NCBI GenBank assembly: GCA_963675665.1
Contig: OY776510.1
Coordinates: 256,001 to 320,000 of the forward strand
From: Spirochaetia bacterium
GTDB taxonomy: Bacteria > Spirochaetota > Spirochaetia > UBA9216
Length of the DNA stretch: 64,000 nucleotides
Direction of reading: 5' to 3'
The notes under the pieces are model-generated. The model was not told where the DNA came from, did not search any database, and saw only the letters and a list, made by a program, of their open reading frames with translations. A program made the position numbers and the translations under genes. Shown here piece after piece: positions 1-8,748 of this stretch (position 1 is the stretch's first letter; each line of letters opens with the position of its first letter).

Positions 1-1
1 C

Positions 2-1672
2 CCCGAAGGCAGAGAGTGGTGGAGAGGCACCAGCGTTTATCAAATCTATCCTCGTTCTTTCTGCGATTCGAACGGAGACGGAACAGGCGATTTACGCGGC
101 ATTATATCCAAACTTGATTATATCAAAGAGACAGGTTTTGAAACCGTCTGGCTGTCTCCGTTTTTCGCCAGCCCTCAGCGTGATTTCGGTTATGACATCA
201 GCGACTATCTCGGTATAGCTCCCGAATACGGCAATCCGGATGATGCTTTTACCCTCATTGAAGAGATCCACCGTCGAAATATGTATGTAATCTTTGACAT
301 GGTCCTTAACCACACAAGCAGCGAGCATAGCTGGTTTGCAGAGTCGGCATCATCCAGGGAAAATCCTAAACGGGACTGGTACGTGTGGCAGGACGGCAAA
401 AACAAAAGATTCGGCAGAAGACGCCCGCCCAACAACTGGAAAAGCCAGACAGGCGGTTCAGGGTGGCAATGGGACCGGAATACAGCGCAATGGTACTGGG
501 CCGCCTTTTTGCCGTTTCAGCCGGATCTCAACTACCGGAACCCTGACGTAAAGAATGAAATATTCGGCGTGCTTAAATTCTGGCTTGATAAAGGCGTAGA
601 CGGCTTCCGGCTCGATATAATAGGTTCTATTTTTGAAGATAAGGAGTTCCGGGACAGCCCGTTTAGCTGGAAACTCTTTCCCGATGAAAATAACGACGGA
701 ATGCTTTTCAAATCAACCTGCCGAACCCAGAACCTTCCTGAAAGCATTGATTTCAGCCGCGAGCTCAGGAAACTCACGGACAGCTATCAAAATCCTCCGA
801 GGTTTATGGTAGGCGAAACCTTCGGAACGCCTGATACGGTAGCTCGTTTCTGCAGCAACAGGGGGCTTCATTCCGCCTTTGCCTTTAAATGCGCGTCAGT
901 ACCGTTTACAGCCGCAGCATTTCGAAACCTTGTTCTTGAATATGAGGAGAAATTTGCCTGTCCGCTGTTACCGGTCTGGGCATTTTCAAATCATGACCGA
1001 ACCAGAAGAATATCACGCCTCGGAGAAAATCACGCCAAAGCCAGACTGAACGCCGCATTTCAGATAACAGCACGAGGCATTCCTTTCTTTTATTACGGAG
1101 AGGAAATCGGCATGACCGATATGAAACTGAAACATAGTGACTCGCTTGATCCGGTGTCGTTTCCGTTCAAAAAGCTTCCCGCTCCGATTTTCAACATTAT
1201 AAACCGGAAAGTAAACGGAGCTCTAAACCGTGACTGCGTCCGCACGCCAATGCAGTGGGACAACTCTGAGAATGCGGGTTTCTGCCCTCCCGAAACCGGG
1301 CCGTGGCTTCCGGTAAACCAGATATCGGCGGAGAAGGGAATAAATGTACGGTCCGCCGAATCCGACGAAGGTTCAATCCTGCACTGCATCAGGAGTTTTC
1401 TCAAATTCCGGGCGGCATCTGAAGCAATAAGGTTCGGCCGTATGGAGATAATTCCAGAACAACTGCTGCCGGAAACAGTTTTAGGATTCAGCAGAATTGC
1501 AGATGATAACGAATCGGTACGGGTCTTTCTTAATTTCGGAAACAAACCGGCAGAGCTTGCTGTAAAAGAAAACGAAAAAATCCTGCTTTCAACCGAATTA
1601 CGTCCGGGAACAAGGGCTGACTCCCCTCAAAAGCTTAGACTGTCAGCTTTTGAGGGCGTCATCCTCGGGTGA
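2..1672 (+). CDS. GH13 alpha-glucosidase / oligo-1,6-glucosidase (5'-truncated by window)
   Basis: Frame of ORF 281..1672 is open back to base 2: WWRGTSVYQIYPRSFCDSNGDGTGDL, DFGYDISDY, DMVLNH, QPDLN, DGFRLD, MVGE, SNHD. Confidence 0.93.
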   Translation, partial: PEGREWWRGTSVYQIYPRSFCDSNGDGTGDLRGIISKLDYIKETGFETVWLSPFFASPQRDFGYDISDYLGIAPEYGNPDDAFTLIEEIHRRNMYVIFDMVLNHTSSEHSWFAESASSRENPKRDWYVWQDGKNKRFGRRRPPNNWKSQTGGSGWQWDRNTAQWYWAAFLPFQPDLNYRNPDVKNEIFGVLKFWLDKGVDGFRLDIIGSIFEDKEFRDSPFSWKLFPDENNDGMLFKSTCRTQNLPESIDFSRELRKLTDSYQNPPRFMVGETFGTPDTVARFCSNRGLHSAFAFKCASVPFTAAAFRNLVLEYEEKFACPLLPVWAFSNHDRTRRISRLGENHAKARLNAAFQITARGIPFFYYGEEIGMTDMKLKHSDSLDPVSFPFKKLPAPIFNIINRKVNGALNRDCVRTPMQWDNSENAGFCPPETGPWLPVNQISAEKGINVRSAESDEGSILHCIRSFLKFRAASEAIRFGRMEIIPEQLLPETVLGFSRIADDNESVRVFLNFGNKPAELAVKENEKILLSTELRPGTRADSPQKLRLSAFEGVILG

Positions 1673-3310
1673 ATTGCTTTCATATGAACCGGAAGACGCA
1701 AACATCCCCCGCATAATTTCAGCCCCCATCATATCGGGACTTTTCATTCCTTCAAGACCGCCGAGAAAATCGTTAAGAACAAGAATCTCTTCAAGCATCA
1801 GCAGCCGGACAAAATGTTCATTCTCGGGCTGCGTGTTGACAGTAAGAGTCGAATCATTCATAACCACCGTAATTGTTACAGTATCTTTCCGGACATGATA
1901 GATGTCCCGGCCGAAATCCATCTGCTGAACAAAAAACTCTTCATTTCGAAATGAATCAAGTACAAGTTCAAGAATAAACCTGGCCATTCTTGCAGTCGGA
2001 AAACTCAACTCAATACTCTGGGTATTTTCCTGCTGGGCTGCAGCGGCAAATTTCTTTTTATAACCTGAGCCGCCTTCAAAACTTTTTATCAGCATTGGAG
2101 GAGCAATAATACTGGCTACAAGCAGGGTCATTATGGACACGCCGAAAAGATCATGACCGATAGCGCCGGTTGACAATCCTATACCGGCAACAATAAGCGT
2201 CACCTCACCGCGGGGAAGCATTCCGCAGCCTATTCTCAAAGCTCCCCTTAAATTAAATCCTGCAAAAAAAGCGGGGAGCCCGCAACCGAACATTTTACCT
2301 GCTATCGCAAAAAAGCTGAAAATTAAACCGAAAATCCATATTCCGCTCATTGCCCTGAAATTTACCATCATTCCCATAACCGCGAAGAAAACAGGTACAA
2401 AAAACTCATATACACCTTCCATCTTCTTCATTATTTCATGTGAAATGTCTGTCTGGGAGAGGGCAAGCCCCATTACATAGGCCCCGATAATCATTGCAAG
2501 CCCCGCAAGCTCGGCAAGTCCGGATAAAAATAATGCTATGCCGAAAGACATTGAAGTAATAATATCCATCGACTTAAAACGCTTCAGCCCTTTTGTAAGT
2601 TTGGGTGCAACAATAATACCTATAACGGTAGAAGCAATCCAGAAACCGAAGGCTTTCAGAGCAATCCATCCGATATGCGCCCATGGAATATGGCCGTGAG
2701 TTGTTGCAACCTTTGATACGCCCACAACAACCGCCAGAAGGACTATTCCGAGAACGTCGTCCAGCACTGCCGCGGCGAGTATCGTAACCCCCTCGGGCGA
2801 GGACATTTTTCGTTTTTCGCTCAGAATTCTGGCGGTAATGCCTACCGATGTCGCGGTACAGAGTGTTCCGAGAAACAATGCTGAAGGATGCATAAACGAA
2901 TGCACGGAGGGAAGAAGCAGAACTGTTACGGCATCACCAAGTATAAAGGAAACAATAACCCCGCCCAGTCCAACGAATGAACCCTTTGCGGAGAATCTCA
3001 GAAATGTAGGCAGGTCCGTCTCAAGACCGGAAGAGAACAGAAGTACAATAGAAGCAACTACCGCAAAACCGTATAATTCCGGTGAAACCGAAAGCTCGCC
3101 TCCCGAAGGTATCGCAAAAAGCGGGCCATGAAGTATTTCAACAGGTATACTGCCCAGGGCATACGGCCCGATAATCATTCCGGCTACAAGTTCGCCGAGA
3201 ACCTTTGGGAGCCTGAGGTGGCGAGGGAAAAACCATCCCAGGAATTTGGCGGCCGCAATTATTACCGCCAATTGTAAGACAAGAATCGTCATTAAATGAG
3301 TCATGATCAA
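1643..3310 (-). CDS. CPA2-family cation:proton antiporter with soluble C-terminal extension
   Basis: Many TM helices; LLFSSGLE, TATSVGIT, AAVLDD, PVFF, GMLPRGEV motifs. Confidence 0.9.
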   Translation of the reverse strand: MIMTHLMTILVLQLAVIIAAAKFLGWFFPRHLRLPKVLGELVAGMIIGPYALGSIPVEILHGPLFAIPSGGELSVSPELYGFAVVASIVLLFSSGLETDLPTFLRFSAKGSFVGLGGVIVSFILGDAVTVLLLPSVHSFMHPSALFLGTLCTATSVGITARILSEKRKMSSPEGVTILAAAVLDDVLGIVLLAVVVGVSKVATTHGHIPWAHIGWIALKAFGFWIASTVIGIIVAPKLTKGLKRFKSMDIITSMSFGIALFLSGLAELAGLAMIIGAYVMGLALSQTDISHEIMKKMEGVYEFFVPVFFAVMGMMVNFRAMSGIWIFGLIFSFFAIAGKMFGCGLPAFFAGFNLRGALRIGCGMLPRGEVTLIVAGIGLSTGAIGHDLFGVSIMTLLVASIIAPPMLIKSFEGGSGYKKKFAAAAQQENTQSIELSFPTARMARFILELVLDSFRNEEFFVQQMDFGRDIYHVRKDTVTITVVMNDSTLTVNTQPENEHFVRLLMLEEILVLNDFLGGLEGMKSPDMMGAEIMRGMFASSGSYESNSPEDDALKS

Positions 3311-3753
3311 CCGCAGATTATTTTATAAATTTTATCAACAGATTCGGCCTCTACAAGCATTTTACGCTCTTTCGGGTCCCGCAGTAATCTGCTTATTTCT
3401 GCAAGAAACTGCACATGAGGACCTGTCCGGTTAAGCGGAGATACAGTCATTACAAAAATTTGGCTGGGCTGTTTGTCAAAAGCATCAAAATCAACTCCGC
3501 CCTTTTTTATCCCTACGCAGCCGACAAGTTCGTCTACTGCATCGCTTTTACCATGAGGGATGGCCACACCGGCTTCCATTCCTGTCGACATCTTTGCCTC
3601 GCGTTCCATAATACAGGTTTTGACTTTTTCCCTGTTACTGATTTTTCCTGCGGAAACAAGAAGATCTATCAGAGAATTGATAATCTCTTCCTTGGTTTCA
3701 CCTTTGAGATCGTCGGTGATTACGTCTTTGGTCAATATTTTACGAAGATTCAT
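3307..3753 (-). CDS. PTS EIIA (Fru/Ntr-type) domain protein
   Basis: REAKMSTG and GVAIPHG (phospho-His); overlaps antiporter start by 4 nt. Confidence 0.9.
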   Translation of the reverse strand: MNLRKILTKDVITDDLKGETKEEIINSLIDLLVSAGKISNREKVKTCIMEREAKMSTGMEAGVAIPHGKSDAVDELVGCVGIKKGGVDFDAFDKQPSQIFVMTVSPLNRTGPHVQFLAEISRLLRDPKERKMLVEAESVDKIYKIICG

Positions 3754-3760
3754 GGATTAG

Positions 3761-3789
3761 AGAATAAATGTACAATTGTTTAATGTCAA
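3761..3789 (-). promoter_or_regulatory. sigma70-type promoter, probably leaderless, for EIIA-antiporter
   Basis: TTGACA-17-TATTCT-7 nt-ATG(3753); no Shine-Dalgarno. Confidence 0.7.
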
Positions 3790-3798
3790 CATACCTGG

Positions 3799-5535
3799 TC
3801 AGTTCCTGTTCGGAAATTCCGTCTGAGCAATATTTTTAAATTCATCTCTGCAATTGTTAAACGCATCGACAATATCCGGATCAAAGTGTTTGCCCCGTTC
3901 TTCCAGGATCATTTTGATAGCCTCTTCATGAGAAAAAGCTTTTTTGTAGGGTCTCTCACTGATTAACGCGTCATAAACATCCGCAAGCGCTACTATCCGC
4001 GCAGACAGGGGGATTTGCTGTCCCTTGAGACCGTCCGGATACCCGCTGCCGTCCCATCTTTCATGATGATAAGAAGCAATCTCTTTCCCGATGGTAAGAA
4101 ACGATTTGTAACCTACATTCTTGTCTATTACCGAAAGAGCATCGCCGCCCATGGCCGAATGATTTTTCATAATCTCGAACTCGGTTTTACTCAGTTTGCC
4201 TGCTTTCAGGAGAATAGAGTCTTCAATTCCGACTTTGCCGATATCATGCAGAATAGACGACATTGAAAGGTCTTCAATATATTCATCAGTGATATAATTT
4301 CTGTATTCCGGAAGCTTTTTCAGGGCCCTTGCAAGAATACGGGTATAAAGTTTTATTCGCTCAAGATGTTCGCCGGTACAGTGATCGCGGAATTCGGTCA
4401 GTTTTGCAAAACCCATAATAGCCGCCGCCTGTGTCTCCTTAACCTGATAAACAGATTCCTCAAGTTGCTTTTCCAGCCGGATGCGGGTTGTAAGGTCTTT
4501 CTCCAGAACAAAAAGAGCAAACATTCCCTCACCGCTGAGATCTATAATGTAATAGGTAACATATACATAAAGCTGATCACCGCTCTGGGTTTTCCGGGGA
4601 ACTCCGATTTCAATATATTTTCCGCCGTTGTCTCCTGCAAGCTTAATCAGTTCCTGAATTGTCGGCCGTCCTGTGCCTGCGGAGAAGTATTCATCATATG
4701 GAACGCCGAGCATTTCTTCACGTGACCATCCGTAAAGCGCCTCTGCGGCACTGTTCATATTCACGACATTCCCGGCCTCGTCAACAATTACTATAGACGA
4801 CGCAAAATTTTCGAATAACCGGTTATAATTTGTCTGGCTTGCATCAAGCTGGGCCTTCAGAAGGTCCTCTCTGGATAAATCCTGAAAATGCGCTGTGAAT
4901 CCCGACAAATCATATTTGTTGTCAAAATGAGGCCATATGGTTTCAAGAAAACGCTTTTCTCCGCCCTGCTGAGTCTGTAATACCACCGACTGACTGAGTT
5001 GTCCCCTGGAAATCACCAGCTCCCTGACCCTGAAAATAAAAGCATTGGCATCCGCGTAAAGATCATTTGCAACTGCTAATTTATTCTTATCCCAGCCCAG
5101 AAGCGTAGTCACAGCGGGATTTGCTGTGATTATATTGCCTTTTACATCAAACGACACTACAGGATCAGGAAGATTATAATACAGATGTTTGTAGACATTG
5201 CCTTTCCATGGGGCAAGTTCCTTTTCCTGATATTCTTCAAGGTTTACAAGTATAATCTCGTTCTCGCCGGTTTGCCGGACATACGAATACTTGAGTGTTA
5301 TCTCTTCCCCGGAGAGGGTTTCAAGTTTAACCAGATGCTCCAGACCTGAACCGTTGGTAAATGTGAAATACCCGAGAAATTTCTCCTGGTTCTCAAGTAT
5401 TTCTTCAACCTTCCATCCGGTAAGTTCCGTGCATCGTTCATTAATAAATTTTATATGCCTCTGTGAGTTTATTAAAAACAGGCCTTCAGAAGAATTTTCA
5501 AATATTTTAATGTAAAAGTTTAATTTATCCTTCAT
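3799..5535 (-). CDS. Multi-PAS HD-GYP cyclic dinucleotide phosphodiesterase
   Basis: Three PAS-like repeats; TGEH, LHDIGK, HHERWDGSGYP, ADVYDAL. Confidence 0.9.
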   Translation of the reverse strand: MKDKLNFYIKIFENSSEGLFLINSQRHIKFINERCTELTGWKVEEILENQEKFLGYFTFTNGSGLEHLVKLETLSGEEITLKYSYVRQTGENEIILVNLEEYQEKELAPWKGNVYKHLYYNLPDPVVSFDVKGNIITANPAVTTLLGWDKNKLAVANDLYADANAFIFRVRELVISRGQLSQSVVLQTQQGGEKRFLETIWPHFDNKYDLSGFTAHFQDLSREDLLKAQLDASQTNYNRLFENFASSIVIVDEAGNVVNMNSAAEALYGWSREEMLGVPYDEYFSAGTGRPTIQELIKLAGDNGGKYIEIGVPRKTQSGDQLYVYVTYYIIDLSGEGMFALFVLEKDLTTRIRLEKQLEESVYQVKETQAAAIMGFAKLTEFRDHCTGEHLERIKLYTRILARALKKLPEYRNYITDEYIEDLSMSSILHDIGKVGIEDSILLKAGKLSKTEFEIMKNHSAMGGDALSVIDKNVGYKSFLTIGKEIASYHHERWDGSGYPDGLKGQQIPLSARIVALADVYDALISERPYKKAFSHEEAIKMILEERGKHFDPDIVDAFNNCRDEFKNIAQTEFPNRN

Positions 5536-5563
5536 GCTGTAAAATCATAACGCTGCTCAGCCG

Positions 5564-6895
5564 TTAAACTCCTGTACGAATCGTTTCCAGTTTCCTCACT
5601 TTCTCCGTAAGCTGTGCATTCTGTTCATTCGAACGCGCCAGCCGGCGGGCGAGCAACCTGGATAGAAATATCCCGTAATATGGATAATCCCTTACAAGGG
5701 TAACAAATGCTTTTCTGGAAATTCTGATCAGTTTACCTGTATCTGCCGCTTTTATCGTGCCGCTTCTCTGGTTACTTAACAGAAACGACATTTCACCCAT
5801 AAAAATGTCGTTCTGGTTCAATTCCCCGACTCTTTTACGACGATGATACACATAATACTTGCCTGCTACAATATAATAAAGGTAATCACTTGCTTCACCT
5901 TCCTGAAAAATAGTATCGTTTCTCTTTACTTCAAGAATCTCTTCCTTTCTGAATCTGATTGGGAAGGGCTGAGTCTCCTGTTCTTCATGTTCAATTACAA
6001 TAGTAACCTGATTTCCCATCTGATTATAATATATATCTTTCGACAAATGCCGGGCCATTCGAATTCCACGGCCGTGAAGGGATAAATCATCCTGACTTTT
6101 AAGAACCCTGTTAAGCTCTTCTACATCGAATCCGGGGCCTTCGTCACGTATTACATATTTTGTAAAATCATTATGAGTTTCCCATTCGAAATGGACTTTT
6201 TTACAGGCCACTTTCCTGTTCCTGCACTTTTCCGCCACCAGCTCAACAACAGAACCCCCGTTTTCCATAAAATCCGTTTTTTCATCATAGGTAACCCCGC
6301 AGTTACCGTGTTCTATGCCGTTTACGATAAGCTCTGCAAGCGCCAGCTGTAAGTGCATCTTTTTATCCAGACCGATCTTTCCCGACTGGGAAAGGCTTGT
6401 GGCGGCAATACCTGCATAAATGGGTACAGCAAGGATATCGTTCGGTATTGAAAAAGAACCGGAAGAACTTTCCATAATCTTTGAGGCAAAACCTCGCTGA
6501 AAAATAATCTGATAATTATCACGGATAATTTCGACGCTTTTCATCAGATGAGAACGTATCCTGTATGCGTTCATCAGGGTAAGTACATTTATCTTTTTCA
6601 ATCTTTCCAGAAGCAGATCTTCATCATTCAGATCCTGATCATACAGTCCGATGATGCCGAAATAATGAAGCCATGCATCATCCTCAAGCCGTTCGACCAG
6701 GGAATCAAGAGGTATCTCCGGATCAGAAAAATTGATAACAACTATTTCCGGCAGTTCATAGTTGATAAATTCATAAATTTCATCTTCAGAAGTAATAAAC
6801 ACCAGCTTATAGGATTTCTTTTCCCACGTCTCATAAGCCTCGTTTACAGTTTGGTTCAGTTTTTTATCGGAACTGATTATCCCCAGAACTTTCAT
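5564..6895 (-). CDS. Pseudo-receiver + RsbW-like HATPase + cNMP-binding domain protein
   Basis: ELIVNGIEHG, IRDEGPGFD, HGRGI; C-terminal IFQEGE..LYYI..G, FMGEMSFL..RSGT. Confidence 0.8.
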   Translation of the reverse strand: MKVLGIISSDKKLNQTVNEAYETWEKKSYKLVFITSEDEIYEFINYELPEIVVINFSDPEIPLDSLVERLEDDAWLHYFGIIGLYDQDLNDEDLLLERLKKINVLTLMNAYRIRSHLMKSVEIIRDNYQIIFQRGFASKIMESSSGSFSIPNDILAVPIYAGIAATSLSQSGKIGLDKKMHLQLALAELIVNGIEHGNCGVTYDEKTDFMENGGSVVELVAEKCRNRKVACKKVHFEWETHNDFTKYVIRDEGPGFDVEELNRVLKSQDDLSLHGRGIRMARHLSKDIYYNQMGNQVTIVIEHEEQETQPFPIRFRKEEILEVKRNDTIFQEGEASDYLYYIVAGKYYVYHRRKRVGELNQNDIFMGEMSFLLSNQRSGTIKAADTGKLIRISRKAFVTLVRDYPYYGIFLSRLLARRLARSNEQNAQLTEKVRKLETIRTGV

Positions 6896-8748
6896 TTATC
6901 GACTCCGGTTTCATATATTTTTTTCTTTATAAATATATCGACAACTGCACTGTCCAGATGATTATTCGCCGCTTCTTCGAGAATTATTTTTATTGCGATC
7001 TCCGGGTCAAGCGCCCGTTTATAGGGCCTGTCGCTGGCAGTCAGCGCATCATAGATGTCGGCAACGGCCATTATTCTTGATTGAAGGCTAAGCTCTCCGC
7101 CGGATTTTCCATCCGGGTAGCCCGTCCCGTTCATACGCTCATGATGGCCGCGGGCAATATCAGGAAGACCCTTCAGGGTGCTTGTCCAGGGAATGTTCTC
7201 AAGAAAATCAGTCGAATGTTCTACATGAGATTCAATTTCTTTTCTTTCATTCTCCGTCAGACTGCCTTTCCTGATACTTAGCAGTTCATATTCTTCATCA
7301 GTAATCCAGGGTGATTCATTCCCGTCCGGATCAGTATATTTCTTTCGGTTATATTCTTCCAGTCGCGAAACCGGATCTTCAATATTGATGGCAGGTTCAT
7401 CGGCGGCTGTTATTACCTCAAGAGCGGTATCCGCTTCCTCAAGTTCCTGTTCAAACCGTTTGCGGTCTTTGTGATCCGCATACTCAAGTTCGATACATTT
7501 CTTAATATAGGCAAACCTGAGTTTAATCAGTTCCAGATGTCCCGGGTACAGTTTTTTTGATTTTACAAGAACAGCTTCCCTGACGCCGACTTTTCCAAAA
7601 TCATGCAGCAACCCTGCATAACGAAGTTCTTTCAGCTGATCATCAGAAAAGGTTACGCCTGCAAAAATCCCGTTCTGCTCCGTATTAATAGCTTTGGCGG
7701 CTTCAACAGTATAAGCCGCCACCCGGCTCGAATGACCGCTGGTGGTAGGATCCCGCGATTCAATCGCTGTTACTGAAGCGGCAACAAAACCTTCAAACAG
7801 GGTTTCAATTTCATTGTAGAGAATGTTGTTCTCCAGTGCCACCGCCGCCTGTGACGCAAGTGAAAGAACTATATTCTCATCTTCATTATCAAATGGTTCA
7901 ACAAATTCTGCGACATCTTCAGCATTTTCAAGAATCTTTTTAAAGCTTTTTTTACGATTGATAAGTTGAATTACACCTATTATATTCTCATGATGGTCCA
8001 GCATCGGAACTGTCAGAATACTGCGGCTGCGGTAATCAGTAGCTATATCGTAACTGTTATTAAAACTGTACGGTTCCGAATCCGGAATAGCATAAGCATC
8101 CGGTATATTCAGTACATTTGAAGTTACCGCAACATACCCGGCAATAGATTCGGTATTAAGCGACATTCTGAATTCCGTAAAGTCGCTGGGGTTTGAATCA
8201 TTATGCGCGATTTTAAACAGCATGTTCTGTTCATCACTGTCCTCTATCTTTTCCAGAAGGTAAAGACTTCCAGCGTCGGCTTTTGTAATCTGGCGGATTT
8301 TATACAGAATATCATTCAGCAACTTGTCGTTATTTCTTTCAGCCGACAAGGCTATTCCGATAGAAAGCAGCTCTTTGTTGAGGTTCTTGGCCTTCAGATA
8401 ATCATGATTTCTCAGTATGACTTTTTTCAGATTACGCAGGGAACGCTTAAGTGCGTCCGGCCGATCGCTTCTGACAAATTGATAAACAAATCTGCAGCTG
8501 ACAATATCTTCCGCTTCGTCGGGTTTATAAACTATAATCAGACTTTCATCGGGTACATTCAGCTTTTCAAAAGCGTCGCTGTTTTCCTTGTAATAGGACC
8601 ACATACAGAGAAAACACGGCATGACGGAAAATTCATAATCAGAAAATCCTGAATCGGGATCGAAATTATGAACTTCGAAACCGGTGGGGATTAATTCAAT
8701 TATGTCGTCCGGAATCTCCGGTCCTTTAAAAAGGAAAACTCTCTCCAT
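6892..8748 (-). CDS. GAF + HD-GYP phosphodiesterase (split HD domain)
   Basis: GAF (ADAGSLYL, SIAGYVA, SILTVPM, GVIQLIN); TSGHS, LHDFGK, HHERMNGTGYP, ADIYDAL. Confidence 0.9.
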   Translation of the reverse strand: MERVFLFKGPEIPDDIIELIPTGFEVHNFDPDSGFSDYEFSVMPCFLCMWSYYKENSDAFEKLNVPDESLIIVYKPDEAEDIVSCRFVYQFVRSDRPDALKRSLRNLKKVILRNHDYLKAKNLNKELLSIGIALSAERNNDKLLNDILYKIRQITKADAGSLYLLEKIEDSDEQNMLFKIAHNDSNPSDFTEFRMSLNTESIAGYVAVTSNVLNIPDAYAIPDSEPYSFNNSYDIATDYRSRSILTVPMLDHHENIIGVIQLINRKKSFKKILENAEDVAEFVEPFDNEDENIVLSLASQAAVALENNILYNEIETLFEGFVAASVTAIESRDPTTSGHSSRVAAYTVEAAKAINTEQNGIFAGVTFSDDQLKELRYAGLLHDFGKVGVREAVLVKSKKLYPGHLELIKLRFAYIKKCIELEYADHKDRKRFEQELEEADTALEVITAADEPAINIEDPVSRLEEYNRKKYTDPDGNESPWITDEEYELLSIRKGSLTENERKEIESHVEHSTDFLENIPWTSTLKGLPDIARGHHERMNGTGYPDGKSGGELSLQSRIMAVADIYDALTASDRPYKRALDPEIAIKIILEEAANNHLDSAVVDIFIKKKIYETGVDK

